Shown here in pieces: positions 46,914-56,250 of a DNA stretch of 64,000 bases (the first letter of the stretch is position 1; each line of letters begins with the position of its first letter). The notes beneath the pieces were generated by a model, which made no database searches, was not told where the DNA came from, and saw only the letters and a list, made by a program, of their open reading frames with translations. Both the position numbers and the translations under genes were made by a program. The stretch lies in the sequence record PQ464590.1; one strand, 5' to 3'.

Positions 46914-47360
46914 TTATAAAGAAGGCCAGCTTTTACCGTTATAAATGTTAGGATGTGCTAGCTTTACCATTCTTACGTACTTCAATAACTCAAGGTGCTC
47001 AGTATAACTCAACGTGAGTTCTTTGACAAGAGATAATTGAAAATATTCTTCTTCAGTATACATTTTGTCAACGAAGTAATGGAATTCAATCATTTCCATG
47101 TGTTCACCCGCGTCATCAACCATCCGCAGGGTAACATACCCATGAGTATTGTCAACTCTCAATGCGTAATCAATAACGTTACGTACATTATATTCGAATG
47201 TAAAACCGCCGTACTCACTCACCATCAGAATGTGTCCGTCGAATAAGTACACACGAGAAAACGGTGTCATATCCCGAAGCTTGAACTTTGAAAATCCACC
47301 CTCGTATAGCATCTTCAGTACATCCATCAGTACTGGTTTATCTCTTGATACCATTTTCAC
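46914..47360 (-). CDS. EEExFQxST-module family protein
   Basis: YTEEEYFQLSLVKEL. Confidence 0.8.
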   Translation of the reverse strand: MKMVSRDKPVLMDVLKMLYEGGFSKFKLRDMTPFSRVYLFDGHILMVSEYGGFTFEYNVRNVIDYALRVDNTHGYVTLRMVDDAGEHMEMIEFHYFVDKMYTEEEYFQLSLVKELTLSYTEHLELLKYVRMVKLAHPNIYNGKSWPSL

Positions 47361-47749
47361 CCCCCACCAACATGATTCATCACGAGTAGTAACAAATCAT
47401 TTACCATTTGGTTCTCTTCATAAGATAATGAGAATGCTGGATTTATTAGTGAATTTTGAAAATACTCTTCTTCTGACATCTTATTCCAGAACCAGAAATG
47501 ACGCTCACACGGATTATCAGTACTGAGGGTATTATATAGCAAAGTTCTACTATCCAAGTTGATACTTGTACTTTCCTGTTTATCAGGTGATTGTACGAAC
47601 ACACGATAAGTATTAACTTCAATCATCCAACCATCACTATTGCAATAGTTGAAAGTATAAGGTGTAGAAGCACGCCCTTCAACAAGCGTGCCTACATTCA
47701 ATGCATTTGCCAATTTCAGGAAATTAGTAAACGTCATCTGGGTGTCCAT
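47357..47749 (-). CDS. EEExFQxST-module family protein
   Basis: MSEEEYFQNSLINPA. Confidence 0.8.
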   Translation of the reverse strand: MDTQMTFTNFLKLANALNVGTLVEGRASTPYTFNYCNSDGWMIEVNTYRVFVQSPDKQESTSINLDSRTLLYNTLSTDNPCERHFWFWNKMSEEEYFQNSLINPAFSLSYEENQMVNDLLLLVMNHVGGG

Positions 47750-48092
47750 AAACTAGAAGTTGACGACCATCTTTGTCATAGTACTTAGTAACTACGCCTT
47801 TACGGTCAGAACCACGTGTCCATTTCACCATACTGACAGTACTCTTATCTGGACAGGTATAGAATGAATTCTTTTCAGAGTCCTGTACTAAAGTGCAGGA
47901 TTTCACTTTGTTCAGTACTTCAGCGTACAGAACCTGGTCCTGCCTCAGTGGGTACTTATCACGTTCGGCAATCTTTTCACGGGCTGCTTCTACCACATCT
48001 TGGTTAGGAGCGTAATACGTAATCAGGAAGTTAAGTGCAGTGAATGCAATCATCATACCTGCACAGATACTAACGCCTAAATGGTTTTTCAT
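47724..48092 (-). CDS. membrane-anchored hypothetical protein
   Basis: N-terminal TM; Cys pair. Confidence 0.75.
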   Translation of the reverse strand: MKNHLGVSICAGMMIAFTALNFLITYYAPNQDVVEAAREKIAERDKYPLRQDQVLYAEVLNKVKSCTLVQDSEKNSFYTCPDKSTVSMVKWTRGSDRKGVVTKYYDKDGRQLLVYGHPDDVY

Positions 48093-48508
48093 TCTGGTTC
48101 CTCATAGTTAGCTATACCGTATTCGGTAATTTTGCGAATCTTCAGAAGGAGATCATAATCGATCCACTCAGGATTTACAAGCGATTCCTGAAAACATTCT
48201 TCTTCAGTACTGTCATATTTCACTGTAATAGTACCGACACCCGTTTTGCGAAGAAGTTCAATTTCATTATTATCAGGAATGACACGCATTATACTCATTC
48301 CACCAGGCAGACGCAAGAACATGCGGAACTTAGGCGGAACTCCGTCTTTTACGGACTGTACTTTAGATAAGTGCAAGTACATAGGATGATCAGTACTTTT
48401 GAAATTTACATCTGAACCCATAACAGTGTGCGGGTACAATTCACACTGCTCGGCTAGTTCTGCTGCTTCTTCGATAATACGGTCCCGATCTTTACGAGAA
48501 TATGTCAT
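48089..48508 (-). CDS. EEExFQxST-module family protein
   Basis: STEEECFQESLVNPE. Confidence 0.8.
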   Translation of the reverse strand: MTYSRKDRDRIIEEAAELAEQCELYPHTVMGSDVNFKSTDHPMYLHLSKVQSVKDGVPPKFRMFLRLPGGMSIMRVIPDNNEIELLRKTGVGTITVKYDSTEEECFQESLVNPEWIDYDLLLKIRKITEYGIANYEEPE

Positions 48509-48876
48509 TTGAACACCTGTAAACGTTTGAGTTCTGGGATTGCTTGTAGTACTGGAAATACTGCTAAACCAGTTCGTGTTGGGCCGTCGAAGAAGTTCAC
48601 ACCGTTGTCGATGATTTCAAAGACAACATAACCAGCGTCCAGTAGTTTGGTTTTGTACTTCTGAAGTTCAGCCGCATTCTTCACCCCAAGGGTTACTTTC
48701 TTACGACCTTGCCTACGCCAATGGTAGTATCTGGCAAGAAGTTCTGGGTTATCTTCGATGTCCATGATGCACTCATAGATCTTATCCATACCGTGACCAA
48801 CCTGGACGGCGGCTTTACCAACTGGCATTTCAAGTTCTTTGTCCAGGATTAGATATACCCGTGATTCGATTTCCAT
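48505..48876 (-). CDS. pth2: peptidyl-tRNA hydrolase, PTH2 type
   Basis: LEMPVGKAAVQVGHG...W..QGRKKVTL...IIDNG..GPTRTGLAVFP. Confidence 0.85.
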   Translation of the reverse strand: MEIESRVYLILDKELEMPVGKAAVQVGHGMDKIYECIMDIEDNPELLARYYHWRRQGRKKVTLGVKNAAELQKYKTKLLDAGYVVFEIIDNGVNFFDGPTRTGLAVFPVLQAIPELKRLQVFK

Positions 48877-49319
48877 TTTTCATACGCCTCTAATGAACGG
48901 TTGAAATAGTGCATGTATAAATCAAGCAATTTCTTATGTTCGTCTACTGTACTACCTTTCATGTCAAAAATCAAGCTCTGCTGAAATAATTCTTCTTCAG
49001 TACGGCAGTGTGGATATATTACGTCACTGAAACGGTCAATTCCACCTTCCATTTGGGACGTACTGACCTCAATACCTAGAGTACCGTCAGTTGCAACAAC
49101 GAGCCAAACATGATCCGTACGCCCTTGGTATGCACTTTCTAAACGCATGGATGCAGCCGAGCCGTTTACACCCAGAATTACCATCACACGGATAGTATCA
49201 TATTTTGGTGATTTGAAATATACTTTACCTGCGTGGTACAATGCGTGCGATTGTTCAAAATCAAAATCGAAGAACCGCAGCATATCACCTAATTCACGAG
49301 GAACATGTTTTATTGGCAT
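48849..49319 (-). CDS. EEExFQxST-module family protein
   Basis: RTEEELFQQSLIFDM. Confidence 0.8.
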   Translation of the reverse strand: MPIKHVPRELGDMLRFFDFDFEQSHALYHAGKVYFKSPKYDTIRVMVILGVNGSAASMRLESAYQGRTDHVWLVVATDGTLGIEVSTSQMEGGIDRFSDVIYPHCRTEEELFQQSLIFDMKGSTVDEHKKLLDLYMHYFNRSLEAYEKWKSNHGYI

Positions 49320-49749
49320 CGATCATCCCATTACTGAAGAGGGTTACTTTTTGAACCAGATCCAAAATGAATGGTATATGTTCAGATTGGAGGTCATCCA
49401 TGTCTTCTAGTGTACTACGCTGGAAGAATACTGCTTCATCAGCTAAAGTACTGACATCATCAATTTTGATATCTTTGGAATATTGTGTACTGGTGTCCAA
49501 ATGGCTAATTACCATTACATCACGTGTTGGGTCGAAGAACACACGTAGATTCGCCGTTTCTGAACTGGTATTACAGTACCAAGTGAATACAAATCCTTGT
49601 GTACGCTTCTTAGCGTGCATCTTGAATCCGATGAATTCTGGATCAATATGTTCACTAAACCATAGACTGCCTTGGTCAGCGTTGCAGTTTATTTTGAGTT
49701 TGAGAAAATTGTTTTCACGAAAGAAATTGAAGAGTTTAGAAACGTACAT
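49294..49749 (-). CDS. EEExFQxST-module family protein
   Basis: ADEAVFFQRSTLEDM. Confidence 0.8.
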   Translation of the reverse strand: MYVSKLFNFFRENNFLKLKINCNADQGSLWFSEHIDPEFIGFKMHAKKRTQGFVFTWYCNTSSETANLRVFFDPTRDVMVISHLDTSTQYSKDIKIDDVSTLADEAVFFQRSTLEDMDDLQSEHIPFILDLVQKVTLFSNGMIDANKTCSS

Positions 49750-50159
49750 TTTGATTCCTTATGATATTTGTGTTTGTTGTGCTGCCGATCTAGTGAATCA
49801 TGCAATTTGAACAATGTTTCTAGATCTTCAGTACTGAATAGTGGTTCTTGTAATAAGCTCTGCTGGAATGCATAATCTTCGGATAGGTATTTCTTTATAG
49901 ATGGGAATCTAACCATTGAACCACCAGTGTCTGAATCAAAAATAAGATGGTTCATTCCAGGATCATACGTTACCATTTCATTGGGTAGTATATCATGAGT
50001 GATGTGTATAATCAATTTAGTACTGAATGTCTGAAAAACCAAGAAGCAGTTATTACCGTACGAGATAACAATCTCTTCACGCCCAAATGTTTCTCTTCTC
50101 TCTACATTCATACACTTAGGTTTTTTTATCCTATTCAAATACTCGTCTAATTGTCTCAT
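49689..50159 (-). CDS. EEExFQxST-module family protein
   Basis: LSEDYAFQQSLLQEP; start moved to MRQLDE. Confidence 0.8.
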   Translation of the reverse strand: MRQLDEYLNRIKKPKCMNVERRETFGREEIVISYGNNCFLVFQTFSTKLIIHITHDILPNEMVTYDPGMNHLIFDSDTGGSMVRFPSIKKYLSEDYAFQQSLLQEPLFSTEDLETLFKLHDSLDRQHNKHKYHKESKCTFLNSSISFVKTIFSNSK

Positions 50160-50248
50160 ATTATTTCCACATAAAAGAAAGCCCAGAATAACAATTCTGG
50201 GCAATGATGTCAAGAGGAACATTACATATTTTTTTATTATAGGGGATC

Positions 50249-50797
50249 TTATTTCTGTACAGCTTCTAGCTCAGCACGTAAAGACTTGGTTAGTTCACGT
50301 AGCTTAGTATAAGCAAATGAGCCATCTTCTTGTACTTCTAGTGGTAGCTTGTGTACTGCTGCGTATAGTAGTTCAGGCATTGTTAGATCATAACGGAGCC
50401 AGTTACCATTACGGAAGAATGTAGTCACACAGTACGGGAATGCTGAACCTGAAATCTGTGAACTTAGTACTACTGCATGAACTTCATCGTCATACACTAG
50501 TGTCTTACTGTTCTCAGCAAGAACATATTCGTTCAAATTGAATTTAGCTTCAGATTGCACTGCAAATACTTCTTTATCATTCTCATCTTTGTTGATATTC
50601 AACTGGATTTCATGACCTAGCTTACGAGAGGCCAGCATGTACAGGAATAGTTCATAACCATCATATTGCACGCTGCTTCCATTAGGACTATTTACAGTCA
50701 AAATAGCACCCTCATTGGATTTTTCCGTACTGAAACCTTCTTTGTCAGCCAGGAAATCTTCTAGCTGTGTAATTAGTTCTTGAATCTGTTGTAGCAT
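50249..50797 (-). CDS. hypothetical protein
   Basis: 182 aa. Confidence 0.8.
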   Translation of the reverse strand: MLQQIQELITQLEDFLADKEGFSTEKSNEGAILTVNSPNGSSVQYDGYELFLYMLASRKLGHEIQLNINKDENDKEVFAVQSEAKFNLNEYVLAENSKTLVYDDEVHAVVLSSQISGSAFPYCVTTFFRNGNWLRYDLTMPELLYAAVHKLPLEVQEDGSFAYTKLRELTKSLRAELEAVQK

Positions 50798-50799
50798 TA

Positions 50800-51129
50800 T
50801 TATTCTCCGGTTCGTTTGAACAATGGGTTTATATCCTTCTCAACAATTTTCGGGTCTTTGATTCCGCTACGCCAATAGTCCTGACGTTGTTTATCAGCTT
50901 TCCGTAGTTCAGAATGAAAGTACTCAAATTGTTCTTCAGTCAACGCAACTAACTGACGTTCTGGGTGTAAGTGTACAGTACTACTATCCCAGTCAATACC
51001 TTTTCCCACATGTACAATATTAACGGATGGACGAGCACCTATTGTTACATGGGTCAAAGTCACTGGAATACTTACATCAGCTTCAGGGTCTAAGTCGCTT
51101 AATTTCTTTATCAAATCTTTTACTTTCAT
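50800..51129 (-). CDS. hypothetical protein
   Basis: MKVKDLIKKLSDLDPEADV. Confidence 0.75.
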   Translation of the reverse strand: MKVKDLIKKLSDLDPEADVSIPVTLTHVTIGARPSVNIVHVGKGIDWDSSTVHLHPERQLVALTEEQFEYFHSELRKADKQRQDYWRSGIKDPKIVEKDINPLFKRTGE

Positions 51130-51180
51130 ATTTATATCCTCAAATAAGAGGCACAAATTGTGCCTCCATATTATTTACAT

Positions 51181-52446
51181 TTATGATACAAATTTTACAG
51201 GTAAGTGTTTAGTGGCAAGACAACTGAATAGTGCTTCAAGACCTTGCTCTTGTGCTTCTTCGTAAGTAAGAATAACATCATCGTACCCGTACATACGGTC
51301 GTACTCACGAATTGCTTCTAGACCTTCTGATTTCTTGTCCTCATCGTAATGCTCTTCGAACTCTTTAGACAAATCATTTAGGCTCAAAATCAAATGTACC
51401 GTAGTACTATCCAGATCAACTTCGTACTCACGTTCTTCATGACTCTTACGTAGTAGTGCTTGTCCCATCTTCACGAGTAATGCACCTTGATCTAGAGTAT
51501 CATATTCTTGACCAGATGTACGTGGTGGGATTAGTTCGAAGTTGTATCGGCTTAGACAGATTAGATAGAACAACGCTTCAGTGTGCATTTTATTGAATGC
51601 AGCTAGTTCTTCGTCATTCATATCCGCACCAGTTGTATCTCGGAAGAATGTCATGAATGCACCACGATTGAACGAGTTTTTGTACGCAAATTCATTACGT
51701 TCACGACTGTCATTACTTAGACTAGCCATGTCCATGATACTTTCTTCTGCTTCTTCAGCCGTGAATACTGTACCGTCTATCTTCACTGAACCAATTCGAC
51801 TCTCGTACAATTCACGATACCGCTCAACTGTTGCTTTGAACTTCGCGTCCTGTGCTGCGTATTTTCGATTCTGCATCTCTTCGAACTGATACAGTTTATA
51901 ATCAGTGTATCGAGATGGGTTTACAGTATCGTCATACGTTTCGACTGTACCTTGGATTAGTACTTGATATACTTCTTCCAGTACTGGATAGAATCCAATG
52001 AATTTCTTACCGTACGTTCCAGCTTCACAGTACAATGCACCTTCTCGAATCATATCGTTGATGATCTCGAAAGTCAAGTCTTCAGCAGGGATATCACAAT
52101 ACTCATCATCACGACGAGAATAGTTTTCATCATCTTCTGGTAGCTTTGGATTAGGAGAGTAATTCTCTTTGATTGTATCTAATGTGAACTGTGCATATGG
52201 ATGTTCGGGATCTGTTATTTCAAAGATTCCGTAATCTTCGTACGTCGCTTCTAATGGGAACCCTACAGTACTGAAGTTGTCATAGAAATAACAACCTAAT
52301 CCTCGGTGCATTGTTTGATTCGAAGGGTCATGACCAGGATAGAGGGGTTCAGTGAAGTTATTAGAAATGATGTACATCAATCGAACTTTATCACTAGGGG
52401 AAATAGGTGCTCGACTTACAGCACAGGTACTATTGAAACTTCCCAT
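51181..52446 (-). CDS. hypothetical protein
   Basis: 421 aa; MGSFNSTCAVSRAPI; AGGA RBS. Confidence 0.85.
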   Translation of the reverse strand: MGSFNSTCAVSRAPISPSDKVRLMYIISNNFTEPLYPGHDPSNQTMHRGLGCYFYDNFSTVGFPLEATYEDYGIFEITDPEHPYAQFTLDTIKENYSPNPKLPEDDENYSRRDDEYCDIPAEDLTFEIINDMIREGALYCEAGTYGKKFIGFYPVLEEVYQVLIQGTVETYDDTVNPSRYTDYKLYQFEEMQNRKYAAQDAKFKATVERYRELYESRIGSVKIDGTVFTAEEAEESIMDMASLSNDSRERNEFAYKNSFNRGAFMTFFRDTTGADMNDEELAAFNKMHTEALFYLICLSRYNFELIPPRTSGQEYDTLDQGALLVKMGQALLRKSHEEREYEVDLDSTTVHLILSLNDLSKEFEEHYDEDKKSEGLEAIREYDRMYGYDDVILTYEEAQEQGLEALFSCLATKHLPVKFVS

Positions 52447-52461
52447 TATGTTTTCCTTTTA

Positions 52462-52563
52462 GGTAGCCAGTAAAGGGACTCGAACCCTTATTCCATCTCC
52501 CTTACGGGAGGGGGATCATCCAGAACACTAGGGAATTGAACCCTATAGCTTCCTGCACTGGCT
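52462..52563 (-). ncRNA. ~100 nt tRNA-like RNA with two T-loop hairpins
   Basis: AGCCAGT/ACTGGCT-ACC; TAGGG-TTCAATT-CCCTA and AAGGG-TTCGAGT-CCCTT; GNRA hairpin CTCCC-GTAA-GGGAG. Confidence 0.65.
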
Positions 52564-52572
52564 TTATGAATA

Positions 52573-52663
<91 letters not shown>

Positions 52664-52670
52664 GTACTTA

Positions 52671-52702
52671 TATTATATCACATTTTCAGTACTTATCCCA
52701 AA
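52671..52702 (-). promoter_or_regulatory. class-2 phage promoter upstream of tRNA-Ser(ACT)
   Basis: Identical to 40739-40770. Confidence 0.8.
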
Positions 52703-52717
52703 AATGTGATATTTTTT

Positions 52718-53158
52718 TTATTTCACTAGTTCGTACTTTTCACCGAGTTTCACTGCTTCGCGAACAAATTCAATGAAATCGTAAGTAATACCACGAAGAT
52801 CAGTGACTAGTGATTCTTGGAAAAATGCGTCCTCACCAACAGTACTGTCCAGTGTAACTACTGCACCGTCTTTATCACCGTCCGCTGCTAGGGTGATAAC
52901 AATCTGTGCTGCGTCTACATCGTAGTTCACGATGGCGTTTTCAGTAGTTACCATTGCATAACCAGGTACTTTAGAATCTTTGCGGTACGCACCACGAAGA
53001 ATCATTAGTGAGTTGATTACTTTGACACTGTTCACATCATCATATAGGACGTGGAACATGTAATCATTCTCCTGAAAGTTTTCTTCAGTGACATCGATAG
53101 TACGGCCTGGATTCTGGAAGAAATCAGTTTGTAGTAGGTCGTGAATTAGTTCTTTCAT
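52718..53158 (-). CDS. EEExFQxST-module family protein
   Basis: VGEDAFFQESLVTDL. Confidence 0.8.
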   Translation of the reverse strand: MKELIHDLLQTDFFQNPGRTIDVTEENFQENDYMFHVLYDDVNSVKVINSLMILRGAYRKDSKVPGYAMVTTENAIVNYDVDAAQIVITLAADGDKDGAVVTLDSTVGEDAFFQESLVTDLRGITYDFIEFVREAVKLGEKYELVK

Positions 53159-53337
53159 TTCGTGTTCCTTGTGTATTCTTTCATTTTACGATTCGCAAAG
53201 AATCGTGTTAAATCATCGCTTCTTGTATCTAACGTGAAAGTACCGTAATAGGTACTCCCACATTGATCACAGAAAGTTCTGGACTGATAATCGTATTCAC
53301 GATTACATTCAGTGCAGTATTTCTTGGTTTGCATCAT
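53155..53337 (-). CDS. small Zn-ribbon protein
   Basis: CTEC-x11-CDQC. Confidence 0.7.
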   Translation of the reverse strand: MMQTKKYCTECNREYDYQSRTFCDQCGSTYYGTFTLDTRSDDLTRFFANRKMKEYTRNTK

Positions 53338-53696
53338 ACCACCGTGATTTTACGCTTGTCAAGACGGGCTTTCTCTTTTTGTTTGTCAGTACGGGTATCT
53401 TGTAACTGATTCACAACATCTTTTAGTACTTGAACATCTACAGTAGTGTCCATGTACTGGTATGCACCTACATTGAAAATGTACTTCAACGCGATCCATA
53501 CACGCTTGTACCAATAAGCCCTAGGATCAAGACGCGTACTGATTAGGCACTGACCAAGATTCCCGTCACTGTAATCAGTTCCAAAATCCCATTGTGCAAT
53601 ATGCACAACGTGGTCAGTACTGTCTCCGCACTCACAAGTTATGATGAACTCTTGCGATTGGTCTACCCATTCGGCTTCATTTTTTTCTTTAGACAT
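53334..53696 (-). CDS. hypothetical protein
   Basis: IITCECG...H; start moved to MSKEK. Confidence 0.75.
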   Translation of the reverse strand: MSKEKNEAEWVDQSQEFIITCECGDSTDHVVHIAQWDFGTDYSDGNLGQCLISTRLDPRAYWYKRVWIALKYIFNVGAYQYMDTTVDVQVLKDVVNQLQDTRTDKQKEKARLDKRKITVV

Positions 53697-53738
53697 ATCA
53701 TTCCTTATGTAAGATAATAACATCCCCTTTGGAGGATG

Positions 53739-53993
53739 TCAACTTGTTTTTGGATCAAATGGAATATATGCGTATTCCATGTATCGTACTTCAACACCAG
53801 GCAGTTGTGAAGCGATTTCTTCAGCGACAGCACGATTTGCATGGTACTGCCAAACACCGTTTCGTTTCGCTCGCATAAACTCATTGTCAGTACAGATCCA
53901 AAACGAATGCAATACTACTTTGCTGGTGGGTGAAGGTTCTTTGAATTGTTCTGAATCGTAATATTCAAAAATCCCAGGATACTTTCTGGTCAC
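53739..53993 (-). CDS. hypothetical protein
   Basis: 84 aa. Confidence 0.7.
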   Translation of the reverse strand: MTRKYPGIFEYYDSEQFKEPSPTSKVVLHSFWICTDNEFMRAKRNGVWQYHANRAVAEEIASQLPGVEVRYMEYAYIPFDPKTS

Positions 53994-54207
53994 TAAATTT
54001 ACTCCTGTATTCTTGTAGTACCGTTCTCATGTACTTTAAATGTAACATTGCAGTACTGTTTCGTGAAAACCAACTACAATCCTTACAATCATCACGAAAC
54101 GTAGGGAACGCAAATTGTGGCTCATTGTGCGGGTATGTGGTTAAGTGGGTTAATCTGACTCCACTTTTCATAGTCGCTCCACATTTACTACATTTCTTTC
54201 TTTGCAT
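53965..54207 (-). CDS. MqsA/YgiT-like Zn-ribbon array member
   Basis: CSKC...CKDC; helix VLQEYRSKF. Confidence 0.7.
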   Translation of the reverse strand: MQRKKCSKCGATMKSGVRLTHLTTYPHNEPQFAFPTFRDDCKDCSWFSRNSTAMLHLKYMRTVLQEYRSKFSDQKVSWDF

Positions 54208-54433
54208 TGTGTATCTTCCCCATTAGATTTTTGAACACATCTAGGTAATACAATGTGTAAAAATTGGCTGACGTGTATGTTATATGGTTTGAACAATGTA
54301 CACATTCACCATATAATTTCGGAACTTCAGCAATCATCATCTCGTCAGTACAAAAGAATTGTGCAGGTTTATATACTAATTTCATCTCAATCATGAGTTC
54401 TTTTCTACAATATGGGCAGTTTGACAGTATCAT
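54188..54433 (-). CDS. MqsA/YgiT-like Zn-ribbon array member
   Basis: CPYC...LYGECVHC. Confidence 0.7.
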   Translation of the reverse strand: MILSNCPYCRKELMIEMKLVYKPAQFFCTDEMMIAEVPKLYGECVHCSNHITYTSANFYTLYYLDVFKNLMGKIHNAKKEM

Positions 54434-54699
54434 AGTTTCTCGAATTTCTGGAAGTACTTCAAGAATATAGTATGAACATGAAGATTCATTATGCGTTCAC
54501 CTTCAGTCCTGAACTCTTTACCACAGTTTTCACACTCATGGTAATGTCTCGGAATTGAGCGAATCCCACCAACAATAATAGCACTGGTCGGTCGAAGCGA
54601 GCTATACGTCATGCCTACGATATTACATTCAGGACATTGTTCATGCTCATCGTTATGTTTATTCTTCACTTCGTGCAACCTTCCAGTAATAACTACCAA
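54430..54699 (-). CDS. MqsA/YgiT-like Zn-ribbon array member
   Basis: CPEC...HECENCGKEF; LKYFQKF. Confidence 0.7.
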   Translation of the reverse strand: MVVITGRLHEVKNKHNDEHEQCPECNIVGMTYSSLRPTSAIIVGGIRSIPRHYHECENCGKEFRTEGERIMNLHVHTIFLKYFQKFEKL

Positions 54700-54874
54700 T
54701 AACCCGATTCATAGTGCTATTATAGAACCGATCCAAATAGTTGTGCGTATCTACCTTCTTACAATGGTAACACATCTTATAACGCATTGGTTGACATGGG
54801 ATTGCAGAACCATTAGTGTTTTCAAACATACTAATTTGATTAGGTGGATTACCGTTACAGTACTTGCATGTCAT
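54659..54874 (-). CDS. MqsA/YgiT-like Zn-ribbon array member
   Basis: CKYC...CYHC; RFYN..VIGSYYWKV. Confidence 0.7.
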   Translation of the reverse strand: MTCKYCNGNPPNQISMFENTNGSAIPCQPMRYKMCYHCKKVDTHNYLDRFYNSTMNRVIGSYYWKVARSEE

Positions 54875-55080
54875 TTACTGTCTACCTTTCTATAGTACTC
54901 GTACATAACACGAGATGTGTGGGTGTTGAAGAACCTATCGGTATCATCGTGGCGGCACGTTCGGTAATGGAATGGCATCGGACGTTCTTTATCCATTTTG
55001 AATATTGATAATTGAAGTTTGTTGCCACATTCTTTACACGTACTCGCAGTTGTTGTCATTGAATTTCCTTCTATATTCAA
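54871..55080 (-). CDS. Zn-ribbon array member
   Basis: CKEC...CRH; RFFN..VMYEYYRKV. Confidence 0.7.
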   Translation of the reverse strand: MNIEGNSMTTTASTCKECGNKLQLSIFKMDKERPMPFHYRTCRHDDTDRFFNTHTSRVMYEYYRKVDSK

Positions 55081-55252
55081 CCATCACGTCAGCAACGCGA
55101 TTACTGTAAAACAAATCAGAATCTTCAACCATAAATGCTTTCTTACAATTAGTACATTCATGATACCACAAAGGCTCACGAATTACACTAATACGTGTTA
55201 ACCTGAATTTAGGAACTACATGCGAACTACATTTATCACACGAACTTATCAT
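55034..55252 (-). CDS. Zn-ribbon array member
   Basis: CDKC...HECTNC; VMVEYRRKF. Confidence 0.7.
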   Translation of the reverse strand: MISSCDKCSSHVVPKFRLTRISVIREPLWYHECTNCKKAFMVEDSDLFYSNRVADVMVEYRRKFNDNNCEYV

Positions 55253-55457
55253 AATATTTGTCCCATACTATTCTGAAGTGTTTGTTGATGAACATCTCAT
55301 GACATCCAGCACTATCAATGCCACAATTATAACAGTTATTCTCTAAGAACGGAATATTACCAATCACCATACAAACTTTGATTGAACTAGCAGTACCGCC
55401 ACATATTAGGCAATCCGTCTTGGTGGAATTTTTTACTATACTCATTGAATACCACAC
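55236..55457 (-). CDS. Zn-ribbon array member
   Basis: CLIC...CYNC; VWDKYYDKF. Confidence 0.7.
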   Translation of the reverse strand: MWYSMSIVKNSTKTDCLICGGTASSIKVCMVIGNIPFLENNCYNCGIDSAGCHEMFINKHFRIVWDKYYDKFV

Positions 55458-55644
55458 TTATGTTGTTATAGAAAAATCGTGGATCTTCATTAGTTCCAGT
55501 AATACGATGGTTACATTTACTACAAACATTACACGGCATAAAGAACTTGAATTGACCATGTTCCATCTGCATAGTGAATATTACGTGCTGGAATTGATAA
55601 TCAGAGTTTATTAGACACATCGAATTTGGCTCCGTACACGGCAA
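55387..55644 (-). CDS. Zn-ribbon array member
   Basis: CNVCSKC; VFNEYSKKF; start uncertain. Confidence 0.65.
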   Translation of the reverse strand: MPCTEPNSMCLINSDYQFQHVIFTMQMEHGQFKFFMPCNVCSKCNHRITGTNEDPRFFYNNISVVFNEYSKKFHQDGLPNMWRYC

Positions 55645-55834
55645 GTAAGTGCAATGTGAAGTTCTCTATTGCAATGGACTGTTTCTTATCCATACAATGA
55701 TGACATACATCACATATGAATCGAGGGAGAGTAATGTGAGTGTTCTCTCCATTAATTTCTGTAATGAAACGTTTTAGTACTGGGGAACCAGTACATTCTA
55801 TACATCTAGCACTATACACTCTTCCCACTTGCAA
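55601..55834 (-). CDS. MqsA/YgiT-like Zn-ribbon array member
   Basis: CIEC-x26-CDVC; LLAVYGAKF. Confidence 0.7.
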   Translation of the reverse strand: MQVGRVYSARCIECTGSPVLKRFITEINGENTHITLPRFICDVCHHCMDKKQSIAIENFTLHLLAVYGAKFDVSNKL

Positions 55835-56024
55835 TTTTCCTCGAATATACTCTCGTCAAATTCAACGTATGAATCAGATAGAAGTTAGAGTACGGGGCTT
55901 CATCGAACGTCATACACACTGGACACTTCAATGACGGCACGTATAGTGGGATGCGGACACCATCAGTGTTTATCCAATAGCTCCTAAGTGCTGTTAGTTG
56001 TTCTGAACCACATTTACATTTCAT
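55812..56024 (-). CDS. MqsA/YgiT-like Zn-ribbon array member
   Basis: MKCKCG...VPSLKCPVC; TRVYSRKI. Confidence 0.7.
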   Translation of the reverse strand: MKCKCGSEQLTALRSYWINTDGVRIPLYVPSLKCPVCMTFDEAPYSNFYLIHTLNLTRVYSRKIASGKSV

Positions 56025-56250
56025 GTTTAGCCCTTATTCGTTTGTATATGTTGAATAGTGTTGTTTCGATCAACACATCATGTTCGTTATAATAAAATGC
56101 ATTACAAGTAGTACATGTATGAAAGGGGAATGGTTGCAATGTTAAACCAATAGGATAATCCCCTATCATATGATGGAATTCAGTACTGCCACAATGAAGA
56201 CATGGTTCTAATTCAACATATACACGCTTGTCAAAAGTGTACTTGTGCAT
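56014..56250 (-). CDS. Zn-ribbon array member
   Basis: CLHC...HTCTTC; LFNIYKRI. Confidence 0.7.
   Translation of the reverse strand: MHKYTFDKRVYVELEPCLHCGSTEFHHMIGDYPIGLTLQPFPFHTCTTCNAFYYNEHDVLIETTLFNIYKRIRAKHEM

Noticed and set aside
52462-52563. tRNA-Sec or tRNA-Leu(CAA)
   Set aside because: The 8+5 acceptor/T stack is Sec-like, but there is no D arm, the TTCAATT loop lacks purine 37 and sits in the wrong position, and there is no UCA anticodon in a valid arm.
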